IMG/VR virus record: IMGVR_UViG_3300021339_000006
Span: 1-64,000 of that record
Reading direction: 5' to 3' (one strand)
Length of the DNA: 64,000 nt
From: a virus
This document shows positions 18,266 through 26,734 of the stretch, in pieces (position 1 is the first letter of the stretch; the number at the start of each line of letters is the position of its first letter). The notes below the pieces were generated by a model, which saw nothing but the letters and a program-made list of their open reading frames with translations, made no database searches and was not told where the DNA came from. A program made the position numbers and the translations under genes.

Positions 18266-19729
18266 TTAGGCGGCAGCCGTCTTCTTGTCAAAGTTCATCA
18301 CCGGAATTTCCAACGGCGCCTCACCAGAGGTCGTTGCGTTGCCGACCGGTGCCATTCCCGCATAGCTTGCCTGCGCAGTCTCAGAGGTCGCAGCCGACAA
18401 GCGGGCCAGTTTGCGCAGCTCACCAAGCGGCCGCGTGTTCAATTCTTCCTTCGCGAACTCGTTGCTCTCGTTGGCAAGGATAACATCGACCAGCTTGGTC
18501 TTTTCCTCGTTGAGAGACTGCATTGAGTTGCGCAACACTTCCCGCACTTCGGGCGGAGCATTGTCCACGTATTCCTGCACGTTGACAACCTTCGGAGGAG
18601 CCGAAGGTGTGACAGGAGGCGGAACCACCGGCGGCGCGGCCGGAGGTGTCACGGGAGGTGCAACAGGTGGAGGTGTTGCTGGCGGCGTGATGCCGTTCAC
18701 AACAATGTCCAACTGCTTATCGTTGTAAGCCATCAAAGCTGCGCGGTCGGTCTCTGCCCACCCCGCATTCGCTGCAATGATGCCGTCCACTTTTTCTTTT
18801 TGTGTCTTCATCGCGGTTGTTTCTGTTTCTTCTTCTGCGGGACGGTGGTTCCCAACAAAGGAACCATCAACCGTCCGGTATTCAGTGACTCGCTTTACCT
18901 TAACCGGCGTCTCGTCACTCAACGAAACGTCAGTGTCATTTGACATGTAACCGAGCCGCCAAAATTCATTCTCCTTCTCGTAAATAAAGAAGTTGGAGAA
19001 CACATCCACCACCCAAATGTAAGGGCCGTTCTCACCGACCTTGAGTTGGTCGCGCAGCTTTTGGGAAAGCGCGCTGTGGATGTTACTGTAAGACATTTCG
19101 TTGTCTGCCAGTCCCATCTTTGTCAGCAACTGATGGAAAGCCTGACCAACCGGCGATCGCTTATCCGCTGCTTGGTTGCGAAGGAAGCCGGCACCGTCAG
19201 CAATCGAACAAGCGCCGATCTGGTCAGGCAGTAACGCAAGATGGTCGGGCCGGTAGTTGCGCGCAACGAGGCTGTAATCCTCGGACTTCCATTTGCCCGT
19301 CGTGTTCTCTCCGTCGAAAAATAATCCAGTGGAAAGCTCCATCATCTCTTTCGCCTTCACTGCCTTAAGGATTCGATCGTCGATCAAATCGGCGCGGTCC
19401 TTTTCAATCCACGCCTCGCTGGTGAGTCTGTTGTTGGCGAACTTAGTGTTGAGCATCAAACCAACCTTGCGGTTGTTGATAACGTCGGGTTGGCACGCAC
19501 TGATCCCTTCGCCGTTCAGCGTCGGATGGTAAACCACCACTGGTTTGTGATTCCAAACCTCAGGTGTCTTTTCCAACTCGTCCTTTGGATAAAACACAGG
19601 GCCGGCCGATCCTGCATGGACGCCCTCAGTGAGGATAACCATCGGAACCACCACATGAGTGCGTCCTTCCAGCGTTTCCTCACGTGAATTTGCAGCCATT
19701 AAATTGAGTGTGATCTTTGAGTAAGTCAT
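18266..19729 (-). CDS. prohead protease/scaffold (DUF2213 family)
   Basis: WNHKPVVVYHP, ELSTG, PDHLALLP..GACS..DG motifs; Pro-rich scaffold C-terminus. Confidence 0.85.
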   Translation of the reverse strand: MTYSKITLNLMAANSREETLEGRTHVVVPMVILTEGVHAGSAGPVFYPKDELEKTPEVWNHKPVVVYHPTLNGEGISACQPDVINNRKVGLMLNTKFANNRLTSEAWIEKDRADLIDDRILKAVKAKEMMELSTGLFFDGENTTGKWKSEDYSLVARNYRPDHLALLPDQIGACSIADGAGFLRNQAADKRSPVGQAFHQLLTKMGLADNEMSYSNIHSALSQKLRDQLKVGENGPYIWVVDVFSNFFIYEKENEFWRLGYMSNDTDVSLSDETPVKVKRVTEYRTVDGSFVGNHRPAEEETETTAMKTQKEKVDGIIAANAGWAETDRAALMAYNDKQLDIVVNGITPPATPPPVAPPVTPPAAPPVVPPPVTPSAPPKVVNVQEYVDNAPPEVREVLRNSMQSLNEEKTKLVDVILANESNEFAKEELNTRPLGELRKLARLSAATSETAQASYAGMAPVGNATTSGEAPLEIPVMNFDKKTAAA

Positions 19730-19786
19730 GGTTGGTGTGTCTCCTCCATTCGTGGGCGCTTGTTCCGCACAGCCATCTACGCGGGC

Positions 19787-19815
19787 AAGATAGGACTGAG
19801 CCTGGCAGGAGTAAA
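19787..19815 (-). promoter_or_regulatory. sigma70-like promoter of the capsid operon
   Basis: TTTACT-N17-TATCTT, intergenic, upstream of 19729. Confidence 0.55.
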
Positions 19816-19826
19816 GGAAAACCTAC

Positions 19827-20228
19827 TTAGTTTCCAGCTTCTTGTTTTTGCTGGGACTCGAGTAGGGCATCGGCCGGATTGGATGGAATGAACGGTCTCA
19901 GAAGGATGCAGTTGTTGAAAAGATTCTGCACCGTCTGCTCGGGATCGTCCGATATGAGAGCGCGTAGTTCCGAGGGTGTGATAGCGTTAGCAAAAGCATC
20001 CGTGAGAACCTTCAACGACTCTCCCACAAGTTGGTATTGCAAAACTGTTGTCCGCATTTGATCCACCAAGGCTGTTGTGCCAGACCGCTGGTGGCTTTGC
20101 ACCGTTGTGACAATGCGCCGCCATCGCCGCTCCACCTCCTCAGTTGGAATGCCCATCTTACAAGAGATGCGGGCGTTGGTCATTCCCATGGACTTGTATT
20201 TGACTATCAAGGCATCATCGGTGAGCAC
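19827..20228 (-). CDS. hypothetical protein with N-terminal HTH
   Basis: GMTNARISCKMGIPTEEVERRW HTH-like segment. Confidence 0.6.
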   Translation of the reverse strand: MLTDDALIVKYKSMGMTNARISCKMGIPTEEVERRWRRIVTTVQSHQRSGTTALVDQMRTTVLQYQLVGESLKVLTDAFANAITPSELRALISDDPEQTVQNLFNNCILLRPFIPSNPADALLESQQKQEAGN

Positions 20229-21043
20229 GCTGTCCTCCTTATTGAAATATAATCGAAAAGCACTTTGCGATTCTGACTGGACTGGATCGGATTCTTGTAA
20301 TCACCAAACGGTGCGGGATGCCAACGATGGAGCAAGCCTAGCCGATCGTTGAGTTCGATCAGCTCTCGCGCCTTGCGCCGACTGATTTCTTCCCGACACC
20401 TTTGCGTCACGTTGTCCATACGCAAGTCTCCGGGCAGTGGGTCGGCTTGCTGTTGGTGGTGCTCCAGCATGTAAATTTGCTGGTAATCCTCCCACCCGTG
20501 TCCTTTGAATTCAGAAACGCAGCCACCCAACTCGAGGTAATCCAAACGCCGACAAATGAAATTCGTGCCAGCTGGAAACGGGTAGCTCGATGGATGCTCG
20601 ATAAGGTGGTAATACTCCGACACGAGAATGGGCATCTTGCTTGGTGATAAGTTGGAAATCGACGTCCCCTGATCCATGTAATACATGCCACCATTGAACC
20701 ACTGCCGAGGCTGCGCCGTTTCCAGGATTGGGAGCAACTCTGTGAAATAGCGCGTGTGGGCAATGCAGTCCACGTCGAGCTTCATAATCCAATCAGATTT
20801 GGCAAGTGCCGCGCCCACGTTGTGGTAGTGACCGATCGAACGAGGTGCTCGATCGCTGCTCCTGCAATCCACAAATTGCAATGCCTCGCACTCATACTGG
20901 AGTGCCCACTCTGGAATCGTGCTAGGGGAAATGAGCATGTGACACACGCCTTGCGTAGGCGCGGCACAAACGGATTTCAACCACAAGGTCAGCATCTCCG
21001 GCCGATTCCAATAAGGTGTGATGGTGGTGAGGATTGGTTTCAT
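20207..21043 (-). CDS. GT-A glycosyltransferase (GT2/GT7-like)
   Basis: TITPYWNR, NVG, KLDVD (DxD), GG...F.GHGWED, HRWH. Confidence 0.85.
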   Translation of the reverse strand: MKPILTTITPYWNRPEMLTLWLKSVCAAPTQGVCHMLISPSTIPEWALQYECEALQFVDCRSSDRAPRSIGHYHNVGAALAKSDWIMKLDVDCIAHTRYFTELLPILETAQPRQWFNGGMYYMDQGTSISNLSPSKMPILVSEYYHLIEHPSSYPFPAGTNFICRRLDYLELGGCVSEFKGHGWEDYQQIYMLEHHQQQADPLPGDLRMDNVTQRCREEISRRKARELIELNDRLGLLHRWHPAPFGDYKNPIQSSQNRKVLFDYISIRRTACSPMMP

Positions 21044-21213
21044 TCTGCTTTTGCGTTTCTTAGGATCTTGTCTGGATTGGCGCCTTTGAGTTTTAGTAGC
21101 ACCCGCAGAATACGATTCTCATCACGTGCGGCATCATTCTTCTTTTGGGTAATAATGTCAGCCTTGCGCTCGGTAATGACTCCAAGTTTCGGTCTTCCAA
21201 CGCGCGCTTTCAT
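21040..21213 (-). CDS. small basic protein (57 aa)
   Basis: Manually translated MKARVGRPKLG...RNAKAE; ATGA overlaps at both ends. Confidence 0.6.
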   Translation of the reverse strand: MKARVGRPKLGVITERKADIITQKKNDAARDENRILRVLLKLKGANPDKILRNAKAE

Positions 21214-21845
21214 TTCCGAGAATAGTATCTGTCGCCCCAGCCTTGTTTCATCATCTTTGTTTCTTTGGGAAACAACTGAAACTTGGCAAGGTGGTCGTCG
21301 ATCTCTGGCGTGAGTGGACAGTCCTTGTAAAGGTGCTTCTCATTCACCTCAATGTAGGCGTGATCAAACTTCCAAAGCAGATCGCCCATCCCGCGCAACG
21401 CCATCAGCTCTGCTCCCTGCAAGTCCGCATTGAGAAACCATCCCGGCCCTACAATGTCTTTCAACGCCCAACAGTGCAACAGGGTATCCAACCGAATCGT
21501 TCGCATTGGGTGATCCTTAATGAACTTGGTGGTTGGGTGTTCCTTCGCGTGCGTGTCAAACGCCAAGAAGCTGGAACTTTGTGACTCGTTGTTGGCTTCA
21601 TGAAACATTACCTGCTCCCCGTCGTGCTCACCCAAGCACGCACAGATTGCGAAGTTGCCTGGAAACGTTGCCAGCTTGCGCACCAGCTGCTGGTGTATAT
21701 GGGGCAATGCTTCCACCCATATCACCTTCCGAATGCCCAGGGCGGCATACGCCTGCGCTTCCTGCCCGAGATTAGCACCAAGGTGGAGGACGCCAGGTGT
21801 TTGAATGTTGTGGCGTTTGAAGAGTTCATCGAAGGGGATTAGCAT
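21210..21845 (-). CDS. FkbM-family methyltransferase
   Basis: GVLHLGANLGQE, WVEA, SSS, RLD, DLQGAEL, EVN, WGD motifs. Confidence 0.9.
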   Translation of the reverse strand: MLIPFDELFKRHNIQTPGVLHLGANLGQEAQAYAALGIRKVIWVEALPHIHQQLVRKLATFPGNFAICACLGEHDGEQVMFHEANNESQSSSFLAFDTHAKEHPTTKFIKDHPMRTIRLDTLLHCWALKDIVGPGWFLNADLQGAELMALRGMGDLLWKFDHAYIEVNEKHLYKDCPLTPEIDDHLAKFQLFPKETKMMKQGWGDRYYSRK

Positions 21846-21846
21846 A

Positions 21847-22515
21847 TCAGGTTACGATTAAGGGTTTGTAAATTTGCTCGAACACCTCCACTCGACGTTC
21901 CCAAGTGTGCTGTCCTGCAAAGTGAATAGTTGGCATTCCTTTTCGCCACAGGATGCCGTCATGCCACATCTCAGGGCAAAAGCATCCGATCTCTTCTGCG
22001 CTTGCTGCGTAGATGCCCTTGAAGGCAGTCTCTCGAATGATCTCATCCATATACCATTGCTCCCAAGGAGGATAGGTAACGATCACGCGCTTCTTAGGTT
22101 CGATGCGCAGCGTTCCAATGGTGCAGCGCTCATGCCACTCATCGACAAAATCCATGGCATCCGCTGTCCTCTTCCACACCGTCAATCCAGCGCAGATGTA
22201 TTTCCAGAGCTTCCAGTTGGCTTGGTGGTAACCTGCCATGAAAATGTCCTTTTTGAGGAGGTCAGCCAAGTCCACTCTAAAGTCCATAAACGCCACATCA
22301 GCGTCTGCCCACACAATCTCTTTATATCCAGCCAACATCGCTTCCCGAATGACGTGAACTTTGGTAAAGCTGGGATGCAGGTCTGGCCAAAACTTCTCAC
22401 TTGTCTGCAAGTAGTCGTATCCACGTGCCTCCGCATACAGCCTGTGGTTCTCGAGGAACGGCTGGCAGAGGGAAGCGATCTCTGGCGTTGCGACAGTGAG
22501 TAGGGCTTTCTTCAT
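21847..22515 (-). CDS. glycosyltransferase, GT34/GMA12-MNN10-like
   Basis: YA..RGYDY, F.K, WADAD, AG, WEQ, IHFAG motifs. Confidence 0.75.
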   Translation of the reverse strand: MKKALLTVATPEIASLCQPFLENHRLYAEARGYDYLQTSEKFWPDLHPSFTKVHVIREAMLAGYKEIVWADADVAFMDFRVDLADLLKKDIFMAGYHQANWKLWKYICAGLTVWKRTADAMDFVDEWHERCTIGTLRIEPKKRVIVTYPPWEQWYMDEIIRETAFKGIYAASAEEIGCFCPEMWHDGILWRKGMPTIHFAGQHTWERRVEVFEQIYKPLIVT

Positions 22516-23072
22516 GGCTTTTGTATCCACCAGCTTGGGTAGTCCGTCTCCTGCGTCACGTTCACTTTCAGCCCGTGCGTCGCAGCAAACGTATCCACCG
22601 CAGTCTTGACGCCGTAATCACCGGACTCAATCACGCCATCCAAGTAGTCATGCCCTGCCAAGATTCCATGCCGACGCACCTTGGGCCACCACAACGCCAC
22701 GTCCTCTGTAGCTGCCGCAAGCGTATGGTTAGCGTCGATGTAGGCAAAGTCCAGGAAGTCGTCGCTAAAGTGCGGCGCAGCTTGCGCAGAGGTCATCCGC
22801 ATTGGAATGGCACGCTTCCTGTAGTCGCGCGCCCGCGTCAAGATGCGTTGATAGCGGGCTTCCTGGTCATTGTCCCCATGCACGCTGTAGCCTGGCACAT
22901 CGAGGATCTTCCAAGGATCAATCTGCCAGCATGTCAACCCTAGAATTCTATCTAGAAGATCGAAGCTGAAGTAACCCTCCGCCACTCCAACTTCCACGGC
23001 ATAGTTGACCAGACCTAAGTCCTTCAACGCACCTGCAAAGTCTTTCCTCGTTCTCATCAATGTCCTCACCAT
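22512..23072 (-). CDS. class I SAM methyltransferase (Methyltransf_24-like)
   Basis: VEVGV.EG, IDPW, DFAYIDANH, GILAGHDY, GV..AV motifs. Confidence 0.9.
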   Translation of the reverse strand: MVRTLMRTRKDFAGALKDLGLVNYAVEVGVAEGYFSFDLLDRILGLTCWQIDPWKILDVPGYSVHGDNDQEARYQRILTRARDYRKRAIPMRMTSAQAAPHFSDDFLDFAYIDANHTLAAATEDVALWWPKVRRHGILAGHDYLDGVIESGDYGVKTAVDTFAATHGLKVNVTQETDYPSWWIQKP

Positions 23073-23791
23073 TGCCTCCGTATCTTTTTAGTTGGTATCG
23101 GTCTTTCCCAAACACGCTCCCCAGTCCACTCCGGAACCTTCCCCACGTATTGGATATCCTGCGCAGTCGAAATGTAGGCAGCCTGCGAACCACCGCGCTC
23201 ACTGAGGCGGCCAGGCAGCGGGCGGTTATACCAGTAGAAAGGCTTGAAGCGTTCGGCGATCCCAACAGAAGTAACGCCTTCCTTTTTCAATCTCCGATCC
23301 AGCTCTTGATCGTCCCCTGCGTATTGCGGGCGGTAACCTCCACAGCGTTCCACTAACGTCCTACGAAATCCCCAACAGCCATGGTAGGCAAAACGATCTG
23401 TGTGACGCCAATGGAATGTATCGCTCTGCACCCATTCACCATCAACGTGATCTATGGCAACACGTGGCTGAACAAATTGGCTACCTTGCAACGCGTCAAC
23501 AATGGACTCCAGCCACCAAGGCATGTAAATATCATCGTCGTCTGCCTTCGCCAGCGCGTCACTGTCAAAGGAAGCCATTGCGATGGCTGCATTGTTCTTC
23601 TCCCCGAGCGAACGAAACCGACGAGGAACAGACACCACATGCCACCTGTCACCCGACTGGTTTTCATACTGTCCAGAATCATCGAGGATAACCAACTCCC
23701 TATTCTCATAGGTTTGGTTTTCAAAGCATTTGATCATCCGCCCTAATAGCTCTGGGCGATTCAACGTCGGACAAAATGCGGTGATTTTCAT
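23066..23791 (-). CDS. GT2 glycosyltransferase
   Basis: CPTLNRP, ELVILDD, LGEKNN, DDDD, GGY..GDD motifs. Confidence 0.85.
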   Translation of the reverse strand: MKITAFCPTLNRPELLGRMIKCFENQTYENRELVILDDSGQYENQSGDRWHVVSVPRRFRSLGEKNNAAIAMASFDSDALAKADDDDIYMPWWLESIVDALQGSQFVQPRVAIDHVDGEWVQSDTFHWRHTDRFAYHGCWGFRRTLVERCGGYRPQYAGDDQELDRRLKKEGVTSVGIAERFKPFYWYNRPLPGRLSERGGSQAAYISTAQDIQYVGKVPEWTGERVWERPIPTKKIRRQW

Positions 23792-24531
23792 TTCAGGCGT
23801 TCCCACTCTACGGGAACGATGTCTTTTACATCAAGCCCATTCCACCCAGGCACAAACCAAGGCGTTGGCATCACCACACGCTTCATCGGATTCTGATTTA
23901 ACCATGCAGCCCACCACGAGAACGTGCTGGCAGAACAAATTTGATTCCAACACCAACTCATCTCGACCAAGTCTTCCAGCTCATTATTTCCTTCCGAGAA
24001 CGTGCAATCGTCCCTGTGCCCGAACGTCTCTTTGCACCACGAAATATCGTCACTGAAGAATCGAAAGTTCTCACCAGGAAAGGTAGCCATTGCACGCTCG
24101 ATCCATTGCACAGGAACTGGTGGATGCTTCCGTGTCCAGCGCAAGTAATCACCGCGCCGAACGTGGACGGCTGTGCCAGAATGTGGAAACCAAGGAAAGT
24201 CGAACAGGTTGCGGATATTCCACTCCCACTTTTTGAAATACTTCTCCGACTGCCAGTAACCGTTGAGCAGAATGTTCTGCTCCCGCCACTCCTCCTTAAA
24301 GGGCCGCTCGTGATGGCAGAACACCGGCTCCTCAATCGTTACTGACGGCAGGTTCGGATTGAAGTTTGGGTTGACAAGGTGCTGGAGATAGACGGGACTC
24401 CACTTGGGATCCCTCGACTCTGCCAACGTTGGCATGGTGAACTCAAGTTGGTGGTCCAGTGCGTAGCTGATTGCGCCTGCTGCTTGGAACAAGAAATTGC
24501 CCAAGCGTCCGTAGGTTAGGGGCTTGACCAT
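23788..24531 (-). CDS. GT11 alpha-1,2-fucosyltransferase-like
   Basis: GRLGNFLFQ, GYWQSEKYF, HVRRGDY, FSDD, STFSWWAAWL motifs. Confidence 0.92.
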   Translation of the reverse strand: MVKPLTYGRLGNFLFQAAGAISYALDHQLEFTMPTLAESRDPKWSPVYLQHLVNPNFNPNLPSVTIEEPVFCHHERPFKEEWREQNILLNGYWQSEKYFKKWEWNIRNLFDFPWFPHSGTAVHVRRGDYLRWTRKHPPVPVQWIERAMATFPGENFRFFSDDISWCKETFGHRDDCTFSEGNNELEDLVEMSWCWNQICSASTFSWWAAWLNQNPMKRVVMPTPWFVPGWNGLDVKDIVPVEWERLK

Positions 24532-24532
24532 G

Positions 24533-25168
24533 CTAGATAAGGAGTTTGTAGTATTCGCCTTCTTTGAACTTTGTGCCAAGTGTAATGGATTCCTGCGCGC
24601 TCTCCTCGTGGTAACGGGCAAGTGGAAGGATCCGAAAGTCCATGCTTACACGCGCCGCATTGGTGCAGTTGCGATGATTTCCGTGCGTGAGAACGTTGCC
24701 ATCGAACGCAATCAACTCCCCTACGCGCATACGCATAGGCTCAAAGTCCTGCTTCCCTGGTTCCGATTCAACCCACACGCTGGCTGATCCGTCGGAATTG
24801 GTTAGTGGGATGATGTAGTTCTTCTCGCCCTTAGGGTGCCCGAACGCAGCATCATTGTGGAAGGCGCCGACAGCAACATTGCCTGGAAGGTGGATGCGGA
24901 AAGTAGGAAACCGCTGATAGAGGATTCGCATCGGATACGTGGGCGCGACTACCGACCGAACAAAGTCCTCGTAGGTATTCACCATCTCCGGCCACCCAGC
25001 ACGATACTTGTCATAAAAACGTTTGTGGAAAGATGTGGAAGAGTCAGCGCCTACTTTGAACAAATGCTCGTGGTGTTCCTGCAAAGAGGAGAGGTCTTTG
25101 GTTTCAAACAAAGCCTCCAACAGTCCAACAAAATCAAAGCCTGAGTAGGGTGTAGTCGTGTATCTCAT
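24533..25168 (-). CDS. 2OG-Fe(II) dioxygenase, StrG-like
   Basis: YQ..PTFR.HLP, FHND (HxD), HGN..N, RVSMDFR motifs. Confidence 0.75.
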   Translation of the reverse strand: MRYTTTPYSGFDFVGLLEALFETKDLSSLQEHHEHLFKVGADSSTSFHKRFYDKYRAGWPEMVNTYEDFVRSVVAPTYPMRILYQRFPTFRIHLPGNVAVGAFHNDAAFGHPKGEKNYIIPLTNSDGSASVWVESEPGKQDFEPMRMRVGELIAFDGNVLTHGNHRNCTNAARVSMDFRILPLARYHEESAQESITLGTKFKEGEYYKLLI

Positions 25169-26086
25169 TTATTTCTTCTTCTTCGGTTCTGGTGTTAAGC
25201 CAGCAAGGGCAGGAAGCCAAGCACACCGACAATTGGGATGGAGAGGAATGATCCCTCTCGCCTCGTCCACAGTTAGGATTTCCCCTGCACGCGCTGAGCA
25301 TTGTTCACACACCCTATCATCTCCAGCTGTTGACCATTCCACCTGCAAGCCCAGCTCATCCACGCCAAGCTTCTCGTAGGCATCCAGCTGCCCTTCCGAA
25401 TGGGCATTTATGATCTCTGTCCGCGCGATCATTAGCGCACGCGCGTAGGACAAGGAATCAATCTTGTCGGTCATTGCCCTTGCTATGGCAGTCGCCCCTA
25501 GTCCGTCCACCATGCCCTGGGCGAGGATTGTGTTGAGCTGAGCGCCCATTGTAGCAGTGACGCCACGCAGCTCCTCGTAGGTGCGCATTCCAAGCAAGCG
25601 CACTTTGCTCATTGCTTCTGGCTGGTTGAAGGAGTCAGCGAGGAATTTGGATTCGGTTATGTCCTCCTCCAGCAAGTCCGCCCTGCGTGAGGCTAGGTAG
25701 GCGTTGATGTGCCCCTTCTTGTAAGCCGATTCGATATACTCCGTCGTCCAAGGTTCGTCTGCATTTGCGCCTGGTGGGAGGGAAAAGATGTCCGCCTCTA
25801 CTTGCTGCCGGAACCAATCGTTGAACGCTTTGAGCTTCCCAGCATCGGTTCGGAATTCATATTCGCGGCGCTGTGCGAGGATGGCGAGACCAAGCTTCTT
25901 CTCCTTCAGTCCCAATGCGTCCAGCTCTACAATGAACTCTCGGACATGCGCCTTGAGCTTTCGGAAACGTCGCAGGAGATCTTGCTCAAACTTGCGCCGA
26001 ATCATCAACGTCCTCGTGGGATCCATCCTCAATGGATTCTTTCGCACGTTGAACGTTGGCTTTTGGTTGGTGGTGCAACAGGACAT
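25169..26086 (-). CDS. head morphogenesis protein (SPP1 gp7 / Mu gpF family)
   Basis: IARTE, WSTAGDDRVC..C, IPLHPNCRC motifs. Confidence 0.92.
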   Translation of the reverse strand: MSCCTTNQKPTFNVRKNPLRMDPTRTLMIRRKFEQDLLRRFRKLKAHVREFIVELDALGLKEKKLGLAILAQRREYEFRTDAGKLKAFNDWFRQQVEADIFSLPPGANADEPWTTEYIESAYKKGHINAYLASRRADLLEEDITESKFLADSFNQPEAMSKVRLLGMRTYEELRGVTATMGAQLNTILAQGMVDGLGATAIARAMTDKIDSLSYARALMIARTEIINAHSEGQLDAYEKLGVDELGLQVEWSTAGDDRVCEQCSARAGEILTVDEARGIIPLHPNCRCAWLPALAGLTPEPKKKK

Positions 26087-26094
26087 AAAAATTT

Positions 26095-26129
26095 GCCTCG
26101 GCTGGCCAAAGGATGAAACCAGCCGAGGC
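26095..26129 (-). terminator. hairpin, possible terminator or processing site
   Basis: Perfect 11-bp inverted repeat GCCTCGGCTGG/CCAGCCGAGGC followed by AAATTTTT. Confidence 0.55.
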
Positions 26130-26141
26130 GCGCGGCGGAGA

Positions 26142-26570
26142 TTAACCGCGTGATTTGCGAGACGGAGCCGGAGGAGGTGTCTCCTCATCCTCTTCGTCGC
26201 CTTCTTCTTCGTCATCGGCTGGGATCAGCTCGTCCTGAGACTCCGGCGCCTCAGCAACTTCCACGGTGGTGGCATCTTTGTGCGCCACTGTGTAACCAAT
26301 CTCCACAACCAGCGGAGTCACGTCTGGACCGACGTGAGCGTCAACCTGAACGCTGACAACCTTGTCGCCAAGCGCGCCGTCACCGTTGACATAAATGACA
26401 ATCTCCTTCTGGCTTGAGTCAGGTGAAATTGTGGGCGCGGACGAATCGCCTTCCACAACTGCACCGACAGCAAACGCGCCACTGTCCAGCACGTCCACTG
26501 CCTCATCAGGCGTCAATGTCAGTTTGCGCCGGTAGCCTGGCTTGATGGACTTCTTGAGTTGAACTCTCAT
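26142..26570 (-). CDS. beta-rich (Ig-like?) protein with acidic tail
   Basis: Val-rich alternating strands; ATGA-coupled start; Asp/Glu tail. Confidence 0.6.
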   Translation of the reverse strand: MRVQLKKSIKPGYRRKLTLTPDEAVDVLDSGAFAVGAVVEGDSSAPTISPDSSQKEIVIYVNGDGALGDKVVSVQVDAHVGPDVTPLVVEIGYTVAHKDATTVEVAEAPESQDELIPADDEEEGDEEDEETPPPAPSRKSRG

Positions 26571-26734
26571 TTCTCTTCCTTCTTTGGTATTGGTTCGTCT
26601 CCGCCGTCTTCCACAAGGATTACGAACGGGACGCGCCTTGGTTTTGGTTTTGTCTTGCATGATAGCAGGGTCATGGCCGCCAACACGACGGCACCCGCAG
26701 TCAACGCGAAGCTGATTATCAAAGCTGTTTTCAT
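26567..26734 (-). CDS. small predicted lipoprotein (55 aa)
   Basis: Manually translated MKTALIISFALTAGAVVLAAMTLLS-C...KKEEK; ATGA overlaps at both ends. Confidence 0.65.
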   Translation of the reverse strand: MKTALIISFALTAGAVVLAAMTLLSCKTKPKPRRVPFVILVEDGGDEPIPKKEEK

